A DNA stretch of 63,591 bases, counting the filler, from Rhabdomonas costata (Eukaryota): NCBI GenBank assembly GCA_019059605.1. It is 55 parts of 55 records of this genome, joined end to end, with 100 filler letters (N's around TTAATTAATTAA, not from the genome) between each part and the next. Parts side by side here need not be neighbours in the genome. Positions count along the whole stretch, not along the records: positions 1 to 1,059 come from JAHMHO010030854.1; positions 1,160 to 2,218 come from JAHMHO010030855.1; positions 2,319 to 3,377 come from JAHMHO010030856.1; positions 3,478 to 4,536 come from JAHMHO010030857.1; positions 4,637 to 5,695 come from JAHMHO010030858.1; positions 5,796 to 6,854 come from JAHMHO010030859.1; positions 6,955 to 8,013 come from JAHMHO010030860.1; positions 8,114 to 9,172 come from JAHMHO010030861.1; 47 more parts are not named here. One strand, 5' to 3'. The notes under the pieces were generated by a model. It saw only the letters and a program-made list of their open reading frames with translations. It was not told the origin of the DNA and searched no databases. The first letter of the stretch is position 1, and every line of letters begins with the position of its first letter. Positions 1 through 10,431 of the stretch are shown here, piece by piece. The position numbers were made by a program, and so were the translations under genes.

Positions 1-934
1 CAGAGTGCAATAGTGCGATAATGGTAAGGTCTTTGACCCTTCTCCCTCTATCTACCGATGCGCGTGGGTAGACATTTATGGCTGTGGTAGCGTGAATGGG
101 CGTTTGTTTTCACCAGTAGTCAGGCGATGCTGGACCACTGCCGCAGCTGCGGCGAGCGTGCACGTGCGAAGACGGCCCTGTTGTTCAACGACAGAGCCAC
201 CATTGTGCGCTACCCTCCCGCAGCCTTCTGCAGGGCAGAAGGCTTCGAGCTTCGGTAATGAGATGGGCCACACAACTTGCATTTTGCGCGACACAGCTTG
301 CGCTTCTTCTGGTGGACCTATTCCAGTGCTCGGCTGAAACAGAAAAAAGCAATGAACCCGACTGCATACATAAGGTGTGCGTTGAAGGCGGGCAGACCAC
401 ACCACGAGCATAAAGAAGCCCGAGCAGCGGGAAGGCTCAAAGTCGACTCCATCCTCATATATAAAATGTGTCGGTCTGGTTCCCGCGACTAGAAGCTCTT
501 GGAAGTATGTCATGACACACACAATGTGACGGTGTGTGTGTGTGTGCGAGGGGGGGCGGACATCCTGGTCTCAGTGATAAAGCTATAGCGCGGCTGAAGC
601 GGCATCAAGGGGATACCTGACCTCATTGTGCCAGAAAGAAAGTAGCGGCTGCACAGTTGCAAAGCCTTGCGGTATTTTTTCAGCTCGCCCTCCACCTTTC
701 CCAGACAGCGTATCTATAAGGTTGCGGTTGGGGGAGCACAGGACTTGACAATGCACATCCTGCACATGGAGTAACTTGCTGCCCAGATCTGTTCCCAACG
801 ACTGATGACTACTTATGACTACTTAAACCACCTCCGGGCCATTTCTATAAACCAACGGCATCCCGAAGCGGTACCACGTGGGCTGGCTCGTCGATGCTGG
901 GCTCGTAAGAATGCCTCTGGATGTAGCATGAGGA

Positions 935-1054
935 TTTGGGCCAGAGCATTTGCAGTGCTGCTGGGTTGCAGCCAAGCAGAAAACACACAGAAAATAAACA
1001 CTATCACGCGCCCTTCGGCTGACCCCAGCAGCACTGCAAATGCTCTGGCCCAAA
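935..1054. repeat. 31-bp perfect inverted repeat at contig end (probable WGA fold-back)
   Basis: 935-965 TTTGGGCCAGAGCATTTGCAGTGCTGCTGGG is the reverse complement of 1024-1054. Imperfect pairing continues inward, and the repeat lies 5 nt from the contig end. Confidence 0.9.
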
Positions 1055-1059
1055 ACCCC

Positions 1060-1159
1060 NNNNNNNNNNNNNNNNNNNNNNNNNNNNNNNNNNNNNNNNN
1101 NNNTTAATTAATTAANNNNNNNNNNNNNNNNNNNNNNNNNNNNNNNNNNNNNNNNNNNN
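1060..1159. other. Artificial contig linker (N44-TTAATTAATTAA-N44); first of 54 copies recurring every ~1158 nt
   Basis: The same 100-nt block separates every contig. TTAATTAATTAA gives stops in all six frames. Contigs are all about 1050-1059 nt, consistent with a length-sorted concatenation. Confidence 0.99.
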
Positions 1160-2024
1160 GGTTGGTGGGGAGGGGGCCAGTAGTGACGGTGAGGCCTCGT
1201 CCCGGGCTGAGATGAAGGGCGCCGTGTCCGCGGTGTCGGTCATCAAGGCAGTGGGCACTACCCGCAGCTTGCTGACGAAGTGGCTGAAGCGGTGCGTGCA
1301 TGTCAAGCTTCGAGTATCTGAGTGAATGTGTGAGTGAGCGATCGATTAAATGTGGATATGAATGTCCGTCTCGGTCGAGCAAATCTGGAGGCAGTTAGGA
1401 ATCAGAACATTCGGACGGAAGTGGAAAGTGGTTTCTCTCCTTGACGTATAACCTCGGTTTTATCCCGAGTTCCTGGAATAGCCTCCTCCATGACAAGGCT
1501 CCATGATAAGGACTTCCCAGGTTTGCAGTGTGCCGAAGCTGAGAAAACGGCCAGCTTGCCCAATACATCTCCAGTGCTACTGAACCGTGTGTGAACAAGT
1601 CAGGGAGGTCAGCGGATACTGCAGCATCTCAAACTTTTAACTCACACCCATACTTGTCACTTGTAACAGCCAGTCAAGCAACAGCAAGCGCAGCGCGTTT
1701 TGCGCCCAACTTACAAACATTATCACAAAATCACAGAATTCTTCCGTGCATTGATGGGAGCTTTTCCGAGGTTTCCTCACCCCCGCCCAGGTCTGTTTGT
1801 GGTCTCTCAGGAAGGGGGTGTCTGTAATGGTCGCTGACCTCAGCGGGTTCCACGCAATGGGCCAGAAGCTGCACACTGAGGAACTCCTTGCCCTGCACAG
1901 CACCTACGTGGCCCTCGTTGAGGAAGTCGCGAAGGCGACCAAGGGCAATGTGCAAACCCTTGCTGGGGATCGCCTCACCCTCTCCTGGAACGCAGTTTCC
2001 CCAGTGGGGGCACACGCTCTGCAG
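1160..2024 (+). CDS. Class III adenylate/guanylate cyclase catalytic domain, partial (2 exons)
   Basis: Exons <1160-1291 and 1811-2024 join in phase across GT-AG intron 1292-1810: LLTKWLKR|KGVSVMVADLSGFHAMGQKLHTEELLALHSTYVALVEEVAKATKGNVQTLAGDRLTLSWNA. Both metal-binding Asp motifs (ADLxGF, GD) are present. Confidence 0.8.
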
Positions 2025-2794
2025 GCACTGCTCCGCTTTGCTTTCCTGTTTTACCAACTGCTGGGGACATCACACGGCACCATCCCCTGCGTAGTGTCAA
2101 AGGCGGGGCTGCTTCCCACTTCCTGACCCTAACCCGATCGTGGGGCACATCCACATCCACATCCACATCGTTTTTCTGTCCCTACCGTCATGCATCTGCC
2201 ACACCGCTTTGCGCACCGNNNNNNNNNNNNNNNNNNNNNNNNNNNNNNNNNNNNNNNNNNNNTTAATTAATTAANNNNNNNNNNNNNNNNNNNNNNNNNN
2301 NNNNNNNNNNNNNNNNNNATGAGCAAGTGTCAGAAAAAATAGAAAGGAAAGCAAGCACAGCCTCGGGCAAGGGAAAGGGCGAGGGTTGTTCGTATGTCTG
2401 CGTGAATGAACACAACGACAAGTGGACAAAATGAAGAGAAAAAAAGGGAGCAAAGCTTCAGGAGCGAAAGGAGGACAAGAAAGTGTGCAAACTGCACCCC
2501 CGGTGGATGACCCAAGACGAGGGAGGTGCTCGGAAACCTCACCTAGCCAAAAGCAAACCATTAAGGTGAGGAACAGTTATGCTGACGATGGGCCCCGCCG
2601 GGAACCAGCCCACAGTTCCCATCACAGGCCATGGAACATCTGCTATAACAAGCAGGACAGGGTGGAGGGGGTATTCCATGAAACCAATCAGACATGGCGT
2701 GTTTCTAACGAGCCGTCCCTGAGGAGAAAACAAGCGAGCAACTGCCGTGGCCCACGGCCCACCAACCTAAGAGGACACCAACCACACCCCATAC

Positions 2795-2928
2795 CGAGGC
2801 TGGGTACGAGACAAGCAAAGGTCAACAGAGGCCGAGGCCTCGACGGTGTCGTGAATAGTCTTCAGCGCCACCCAGCTTCCGCAGAACCGGCTCAGAGCCC
2901 AGCCAAGGATCCCGTAGTCCAAAAGCTC
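2795..2928 (-). CDS. Indolepyruvate:ferredoxin oxidoreductase (fused bacterial type), internal exon
   Basis: cag|ELLDYGILGWALSRFCGSWVALKTIHDTVEASASVDL...R|gtatgg matches the family pattern QEILDYGLHGWAMSRYSGLWVGMK..DxVESSASV. An upstream exon remnant ACGCAG|gt at 3366-3361 joins in phase 0 (TQ|ELLD) via intron 2929-3360. Confidence 0.8.
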
Positions 2929-3643
2929 CTGCGGACGAATTGGCACCCAAGACAGGTACTCCACACGGAGTTCACACAGTACAATGAAAAAATGGGGGAG
3001 GGGTACCGTCTATCTGGTTCAACAAAAAAAAGTAGCAAAACCCCGTCTGGTGTATCCTTTGCGGCCTTTTGAGTTGTTAAGCACTGAGCACAGTATACAA
3101 CTCACTGAAGCGATTCATTCGTAATACAACTGAGATGAAAGCTTCATTGGGTGACCAAACTAAGATATTCGCAATACGCAACGCAGCAGTTGAGCCCTTC
3201 CTGCCGCCAACCCACCCACTCGGCTGGGTGTTAAGGCTATTGTCACGCAGTAAAATCGGCACGAATCCATATCACGGTCAAACACGCTTCCCCTTCAAAG
3301 ATGGAGGCCAGCCAGTGCATTTAGCTGGACATAAGTTGCCTTGAGCGCCCCCCCACCAACCTGCGTCCACCCACACANNNNNNNNNNNNNNNNNNNNNNN
3401 NNNNNNNNNNNNNNNNNNNNNTTAATTAATTAANNNNNNNNNNNNNNNNNNNNNNNNNNNNNNNNNNNNNNNNNNNNGTGTTTGTGGTATTTATTAGTGT
3501 TTGCTTTTGACGGTGAGCAAAACATAAACATAGCAGCACCAGAACAAGAAGCTCGTTTTTCTCAGGCACGAGGTACGAGGAACACTCTACTTCTTTGCAA
3601 TTTCTTTTTGGCAGGTTCTCTTTCTGTTGAACTGCTCCGCGAG

Positions 3644-4536
3644 ATGCGTTTCCTTTCCTCCAACCGCGGGCGCACGGCTGCCGAGGTCTTGCTCACCCTT
3701 GGTGCAGTCGCATTCGTGCTCTATGACCTCAGCGGCTACTTCCCGGAGAAGCCAAAAGCGAACAACTCAGTGCTCTCCTTCGAAGGGAGGGAACCCTCTT
3801 TCATGGAGGCACCGGAACTCTCTTCCCCTGTTTACTCCCGTTTTGGCACTGCAGTTACCGGCATAAGCGCCGGCAGCACCTTCTCCGTGTGCGGGAATAC
3901 TATCGCCCCAACCAACCCATGGGTTATCGGTAACGCCACCACAAATCAGGCGTTGGTTGTGCAACTGGGTGGGGGCTGCGTCGCCAACCCAATTATCTTG
4001 CAGTTCAACAACGTTACCAACGCCAGCAGCGTCAACGGCATCAACATTCAGGCAGGTAGCTGGCTGTCGTTTCAGAACATCCAGACATCCAACGGCGGAA
4101 ACGCTGGTGCTTCCTCTGGGCTATTGCAGATGGCGTCAAGCTCCTACCTGGAGGCCGTCATTTCAGGCACGTTTACCACTCGAGTTTCTCCCTGTGCTTG
4201 ACTTGTGACTTTGGTCCTGTCATGTCTCTTGTTCAAAAGTAATCAGCTCTGATCTTGTATTATCAGCCTTTCCGTTTCTTTTCGTGTGACAGCATAAAAT
4301 GCATTCTTCACTTCGAATTACTTTGTGCGAAGTGTGAAATTCGAGCCGAGCATTTAGTTTGCTCTTCTTTGGGAGGTGAGGAGCAGATTCTCTCTGGTGT
4401 TCTGTCGGTTCTTTTTCCCCTTTCCCTTTTTCTTCTTCTTTTCAGGATCTCTTGTCCCCGTGCCAACCGCCACGGTGATCTACCCACTGTTGCTGGCCTC
4501 AGGCGCTTGCCCCACCTTCAGCGGAGTGAACATCCT
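3644..4536 (+). CDS. Signal-anchored or secreted Asn/Gly/Ser-rich protein, 5' part (2 exons)
   Basis: ATG at 3644 follows a pyrimidine tract and AG. Hydrophobic segment VLLTLGAVAFVLY. Exon 3644-4166 joins 4446-4536 in phase across GC-AG intron 4167-4445 (EAVISG|SLVPVPTATVIYPLL). Confidence 0.6.
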
Positions 4537-4995
4537 NNNNNNNNNNNNNNNNNNNNNNNNNNNNNNNNNNNNNNNNNNNNTTAATTAATTAANNNNNNNN
4601 NNNNNNNNNNNNNNNNNNNNNNNNNNNNNNNNNNNNCAGAAGCTTTTCATGGCCCACCGGTCGGTTCCCTGGTTTATTGGGCGTGAATGGTTGATCGTTA
4701 CTTGATTGCTTGTTTAGATAGCTGGGTTATCCGCACCCCCCTTCTCCGGGTGGCTGGAGATACAAAACCTCCGAACAAGAATTGCCTCTGCGCACAGTTC
4801 AAAATTGTGTGTGTGTCCATGTGTTGATGTTTTTTTTGCGACTCAGCTCTGCTGGTTGATCTCACTTCCCTCTTAAATAGTGTGTGTTGCCTTTTCGGTG
4901 CGATTTTTTCTCTTGATTTCCCCCACTCTTTGTGTTTCTTAGCCGTTGGGAGTCCTTCCGTGGAGAGTGCCTGCCTGATAGATTAGAACAAAGCA

Positions 4996-5153
4996 ATGGG
5001 GGACGAGGGCGAGGCTGTGAAGGTCGCAGTACGGGTGCGGAAGTTTAACCAGAGAGAGATCGACGCGGGAGCGACGAGGATCGTTCGGATGCAGAACTTC
5101 GACCAGGGCTCCAAGACGTACCTCACCAACCCCGAGACAAAAGAAGAAAAAGA
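4996..5153 (+). CDS. Kinesin motor domain N-terminus (kinesin-3-like), first exon
   Basis: MGDEGEAVKVAVRVRKFNQREI matches the kinesin VKVAVRVRPFN.RE motif; donor gtgcgt at 5154. Confidence 0.9.
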
Positions 5154-5795
5154 GTGCGTGCTGCTACCCGATCGCCTTACTGAACTTTTTTTACTCGTGG
5201 ATGCGTCTCTGTGATACTCAAACCCGCTTAAGCACTGGAAAGAGTAAATAGTAAGGGTCATGGCATTAGAAGTCCTGTGGGAAGTGGTGAAAGCTGATGT
5301 ATCCAACAGACAGATATTTGCACATGCGAATTAGTGAGAAATTATTAGTGCACTTTTCAATTGTTAGTCCATTTGACACAACTCAATTTAAGAAAAGGAT
5401 CCTCTGCACAGCAAAAGTAATCCCCAAACTTCTGGCACTCCTTACCCTAAGGCACTGCCGTCCCCCTGCGCTTGTTGCACGATGAACTTCCCTCGCTCGC
5501 TCGCGCAGCCTCCAGGAGGCCACCAAGAAGAGTCAAATTTGACCGACTATAAAGTGCTCAGATTAAAAATAGTATGTACAAGTAAAAATAGACATGCACA
5601 AATGAGGTAACAAGGAAGGAAGGAAGGAAGGAAGGAAGGAAGGAAAGAACGGGGAGAAGGGAAATGAAAAACTGAACCAAACGAATGTCGGTGTTNNNNN
5701 NNNNNNNNNNNNNNNNNNNNNNNNNNNNNNNNNNNNNNNTTAATTAATTAANNNNNNNNNNNNNNNNNNNNNNNNNNNNNNNNNNNNNNNNNNNN

Positions 5796-6854
5796 GAGTA
5801 GAGCTCGAAGTCGATCGCCAGCTCCACGAAGGTGATGTTGCGGTCCGCGCGGGCCTGCTCGGAGAGCCTCAGGTGGGGCCACTCCAGCTCGTACAGGTAG
5901 GCGTACAGGGCAGCGTAGTGGGTGTGCTTGCAGACGCTGTACAGCTTCCCAGGAAGGGGCAGGTCGGGCAGGTCCACCGCGAAGCGCTCGTGAGGGCCAG
6001 GAGGTCGCCAGCCCCAGGGATACCCCGAAGGCCGGGTGCTCGAAGACGACGAGGCAGCGGTGGCACGGGCGGAACTCGAGGAGGGCAGGACTGCATGCTC
6101 GCGATCATGGCGGGCCCGGAGGATGGACGCCATCATCTTCTGCACCGCAGCAGCAACTCGTACGCGTTCGGCCAGGTCGTCGTACAGCCCCGTCAGCATG
6201 ATGCCGCAGAGGGCGAGACACCGCGGCCAGGAGGAACGCCATGCAGCGACGACAGCAGGGTGTTCACGGCGAACGGGGTCCCACGCGGCGCAGTCCCACC
6301 ATAGGTGCTGCAGGTCCTCGGGCACCTCGTTGGCGCAATGGAGGCAGCTTGGAGAGGCATAGCGCCAGCATCGCGGCGTGCGTGAGGTTCGTCAGGTGTA
6401 ACCGGCTGAGCTGGGTGACCTCGGTGCCGTAAAACGCCGCGGCGCAGGGCTGCGCCGCAAGCAGCTGGCTCCGTGCAGCAAGCGGAAGAGGAGAGCGGCA
6501 ATGCGTCGAGCGGCATCAAGGGCATGACGAACCCGCTGGTCAACGTGGTCACCAGGGGTCGGAGCGGGAGTGAAGTTCAGGTGGGCCCCAAGGCAGCGGT
6601 CGGCCAGGACCTGAGGCACCGGCTCGCCGTTCAGCAAGAGCGCGTAGCTGTCCTTCGCCGCTCCCACCGCGAAGCAGGAGCTCTTCTTGACGTTCAGCTG
6701 CTGGCCGGTGAGCGAGACGTAGTCCACGGTGACCCGCCCAGCGTCTCGAACAGCTTCCCGGGTCCCCAGGGCGCTGGTGTCGTCGGCGTAGGCAGAGGGG
6801 ATGGCCTCGGTCTCGGCGGAGATGGCCCGGGCCCACACCGACACCAACAGGTTC
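5796..6854 (-). mobile_element. Degenerate non-LTR (LINE-like) retrotransposon ORF2 fragment: RT, thumb and CCHC zinc finger
   Basis: YADD at 6790-6779, then GQQLNVKKS and CLG (RT motifs 6-7). After a frameshift comes FYGTE (thumb), then CLHC..EDLQHLWWDC in another frame. High GC, no introns. Confidence 0.9.
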
Positions 6855-9481
6855 NNNNNNNNNNNNNNNNNNNNNNNNNNNNNNNNNNNNNNNNNNNNTT
6901 AATTAATTAANNNNNNNNNNNNNNNNNNNNNNNNNNNNNNNNNNNNNNNNNNNNGGGGTGGCTTCCGAGGTGCTCAGCCGCCACCGAGTGAGCGTGCACG
7001 TTGAGGGGCGATGGGATGGAGTTGGGGGAGCATTACACCAAACGGAAAGCGGAAAGAAAAGACGAAGGAGTTCGCGGGATGCGGTACGGGAAAGAGACTC
7101 CTTCAGTTCACAGTTCGGGGCTTCCAGGAAAAATACCCGCATCCAGAGCAGGAAAACAGACAAGCGCAATGGTACAGAACGAGACTTAGGGTTGAGCCAT
7201 CAAAAGCTAAAAAAAAAGTTCACTGCAATGGTGCGGGAAAATTCAAAAAAGGTAAAGAACTAATACTTGGTTACTTGGTTCAAGGGCAGCCCACTTCCCA
7301 ACAAGCAGCAAGGAACACCTTCGTGGCACGCATCCTCCAGACTGAAGAAGCTCCAATACTGAGGCATTACATGAGAACGGCGAGGGAGTTTGCAGAGAGA
7401 AAGAGAGAGAAGAGAGGGTGATGGATAGGGAGGGAGAGATTGAAGAGGAGGGAAGCTGTCTGCCATTCGTGTATGTCCGCCCAGCAATGGTACGGTAAAA
7501 GGTGGCACAGAATGGATGGAATGGGCCGGTGAATCCGAGCAGCAAGCTGTCAGCAGCAGACACTTTTTCTGGCAGTGCCCTGGAAGGATGAAACAGCCAA
7601 TGAAGGAGAGTAAAGAGGGCGGCGCTGGTCTGTGTCGGGCTGCTGTTGCCGCCGACATCTCTGCCGGGCAACGTGGGGAAGAGAGCCAAGCAAACAAGAA
7701 ACCAGGGAGGGTAAGTAACTGGGGAGGGGGAAATCGGGGAGCAAGGAGCGCATACGGCGCAGACTCTTTTTGGCATTGAACCCTGGAACCCTTGATAATG
7801 CAACAAACACATAGCCCAACCCATGATAGGCGCAGGAGCAAGAATGAATGTTGGAGAATCGCGTAAAACCTGACCTAACAACAAAAATGACCGGAGGGAC
7901 CTAAGGTTCCCACCTCACCCATGGAGGGCATGGGGAGGAGGGGCTGCTGCTGCTGCTGATGCTGCTGCGACTGCGCGATGCCACCCATTGCTCCCGGCGA
8001 CACCACCCACCCCNNNNNNNNNNNNNNNNNNNNNNNNNNNNNNNNNNNNNNNNNNNNTTAATTAATTAANNNNNNNNNNNNNNNNNNNNNNNNNNNNNNN
8101 NNNNNNNNNNNNNGTGGTTTTTGCTGATTGGCTTGTCCGCTGTACCCATCCGGGGGGACCTTCTTTTTCAATTAACATTTCTCGTTGCCACGCCTGTGGA
8201 CTTGTGACATGGAACGGCGCCGCAGTTCTGGTTGGGTTAGGGTTGCGGGTCCGGTGGTGTTGCAGAAAAAGTACATTCGAAAGATCCTGAGGAACCGAGG
8301 GCGTTGTGGTTATCACCAATACCGCAAGCAGCACATTTCGATATTCGATTCGGGGCGTCCATTTTGTCTGTGTGGGGGGTTCTTTCTGTGGATTGCGTTG
8401 TGGCGAGGGTCACCCACCCACGTGCAAATGTTCTCATTTCTCGGATGGGGGGGGGGGGTGCTCAGGCACGCGACGCAAGGACATTCGGGTCCGAGCGGGA
8501 TACGTTCCGCAGGTGAGCGTGGGATTTGTGGTGCCTTCGAAAAAGATAACCCTCCCTTTTCATCCCCGTTTCCTCAATGGCAACGAGGGCTTGAAGGACG
8601 GGGCGGGAAGCAGCTCAGGTCAAGACGACCAATGACTGGACCTTGTCTCTGACATTGGGCTTGTTCACTTGCCATTTTTATCCGAATCCTCAGGTTAGGA
8701 GTTTTATGTCTGCCCACTGCTGCACTGATGAGTATGCTTGGGTGTGCTTCTCGCAAAAGCAGACGACCAATGGGGGCATTGCCACACAAGTGCAAAAACG
8801 CTCTGAAGGGCTGGGGCAAAACCCTTACTCTCCAAAAAGGAAGTGTCTGCACGTCTGGCCTTCCGCCAGAATTGCAGCGGCTTTTGCGGAGTAAACTAGG
8901 CAACAAAGAAGAAATACTGGAGCGGAAGCGGAGTTGTGCCCCAGTGCAATTGCATCGCTGCCCTCACGACCTTCCACCAAGCTTTCCCTGATCCGACCCT
9001 ACCCTCACCCTTATCTTCCCTTCCCTTAAATTCTTGCGGTTGCCTCAGGAAGAGGTTCGTGCCTTTGAGACCCGTGGGAGCCGCTTCCGTGAGACCCAGC
9101 AGAAGCTGCAGCAGTGGGTCCCTGGGATGTCCCCAGAGCTGCTGGGTCTCACGGAAGCGGCTCCCACAACCCNNNNNNNNNNNNNNNNNNNNNNNNNNNN
9201 NNNNNNNNNNNNNNNNTTAATTAATTAANNNNNNNNNNNNNNNNNNNNNNNNNNNNNNNNNNNNNNNNNNNNGGGGGGGTGAGTTTTTCGGCCTCGGTCT
9301 TTCCTCCTACAGATCGTCGTTTCATCCCAAGCGGCCCACCACGACCCCGCCACACCGAAAGGGGTAAAAGCCAAACACGGGAGCAAAAAATCACATAGAG
9401 ATAGGAGAGGAGGGGCGAACAAAAAAGAGAGGTGCGGCTGTGGGTGTAATAATAGGCTATTTAAAAATGGGGGTGAATAAG

Positions 9482-9553
9482 CTCCGTCGCCGGGAGTCGA
9501 ACCCGGATTTCAGCCGTGAGAGGGCTGTGTTCTAACCGCTATACTACGACGGA
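9482..9553 (-). tRNA. tRNA-Glu(CTC)
   Basis: Full cloverleaf; anticodon arm CAGCC-CT-CTC-AC-GGCTG; T loop TTCGACT. Confidence 0.97.
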
Positions 9554-9661
9554 ACTCAGCAAAATCTTTTGAATAACGGGATGCCCCCCCCCAACTTAAT
9601 GAATCAACCCCTGACTTCAAAAGAATCCAAAGAATATTAAACGTATATAACTCCAGAAAGT

Positions 9662-9732
9662 TGAGGATGGACGGAATCGAACCGCCAGCGTTCGATTTGG
9701 AATCGAACATGTTGCCATTACACCACACCCCC
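9662..9732 (-). tRNA. tRNA-Trp(CCA)
   Basis: Cloverleaf; anticodon arm TTCGA-TT-CCA-AA-TCGAA (5-bp stem); T loop TTCGATT. Confidence 0.96.
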
Positions 9733-9810
9733 ATCGAAAAAACTGGAATTTCCAGAGAAAATGGACTTCTGTTTCAGCTGTATCCCAAACAAAAAAGCGT
9801 TGACTTTGTG

Positions 9811-9891
9811 GCTGAGGTGCCCGAGTGGTCAAGGGGGAGCACTCAAGATGCTCTAGTTTCGGCTGCGTGGGTTCAAATCCCACCTTCAGCA
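9811..9891 (+). tRNA. tRNA-Leu(CAA), intronless
   Basis: Anticodon arm GAGCA-CT-CAA-GA-TGCTC; long variable arm; T5 terminator at 9900-9904. Confidence 0.97.
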
Positions 9892-9955
9892 AGAACGGGT
9901 TTTTCGACACCAAAATTTTCAAAAGGAAGTTTAAAGGAAGTGAAATGGGAAAAGT

Positions 9956-10026
9956 TGCGTGAGCCGGGAATTGAACCCGGGGCGCACGCGTGGGAGGCGT
10001 ACATGTTGCCACTACACTACTCACGC
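9956..10026 (-). tRNA. tRNA-Gly(CCC)
   Basis: Acceptor GCGTGAG/CTCACGC; anticodon arm TACGC-CT-CCC-AC-GCGTG; T4 just downstream. Confidence 0.97.
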
Positions 10027-10109
10027 CATGTAAGTGAGGTGTCCCTGTTGTAATAGGGGTATCCTTTGCCCTTGTCGTTTCAATATATGTTTATCCAACT
10101 ATGTATCCT

Positions 10110-10191
10110 GTGAACGTAGCCAAGTGGTTAAGGCGTCAGACTGCTAATCTGATGGGCTCTGCCTGCGCCGGTTCGAATCCGGTCGTTCACG
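10110..10191 (+). tRNA. tRNA-Ser(GCT)
   Basis: Anticodon arm TCAGA-CT-GCT-AA-TCTGA; long variable arm; G73; T5 terminator at 10193-10197. Confidence 0.97.
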
Positions 10192-10431
10192 ATTTTTCAC
10201 TTCTGACGCCTTAACGCTTCTCGACTGCGACAAAAGCTACTGTCTTGGCTCCTTTCCAGAGTATGAGTGTCCACATACTAAAAGTCCGCCCAAGGTAAAC
10301 TTTGGGACAACCTCCGCCCAACCCCACCCACNNNNNNNNNNNNNNNNNNNNNNNNNNNNNNNNNNNNNNNNNNNNTTAATTAATTAANNNNNNNNNNNNN
10401 NNNNNNNNNNNNNNNNNNNNNNNNNNNNNNN

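Noticed and set aside
2422-3072. 216-aa plus-strand ORF
   Set aside because: It has no recognisable motif and lies antisense to the IOR exon.
9662-9732. Shortened-stem tRNA-Trp able to read UGA
   Set aside because: The anticodon stem has the normal 5 bp (TTCGA/TCGAA), and MBF1 ends in TGA.
9510-10053. ORFs of 74-135 aa over the tRNA cluster
   Set aside because: Shadow ORFs across tRNA genes.
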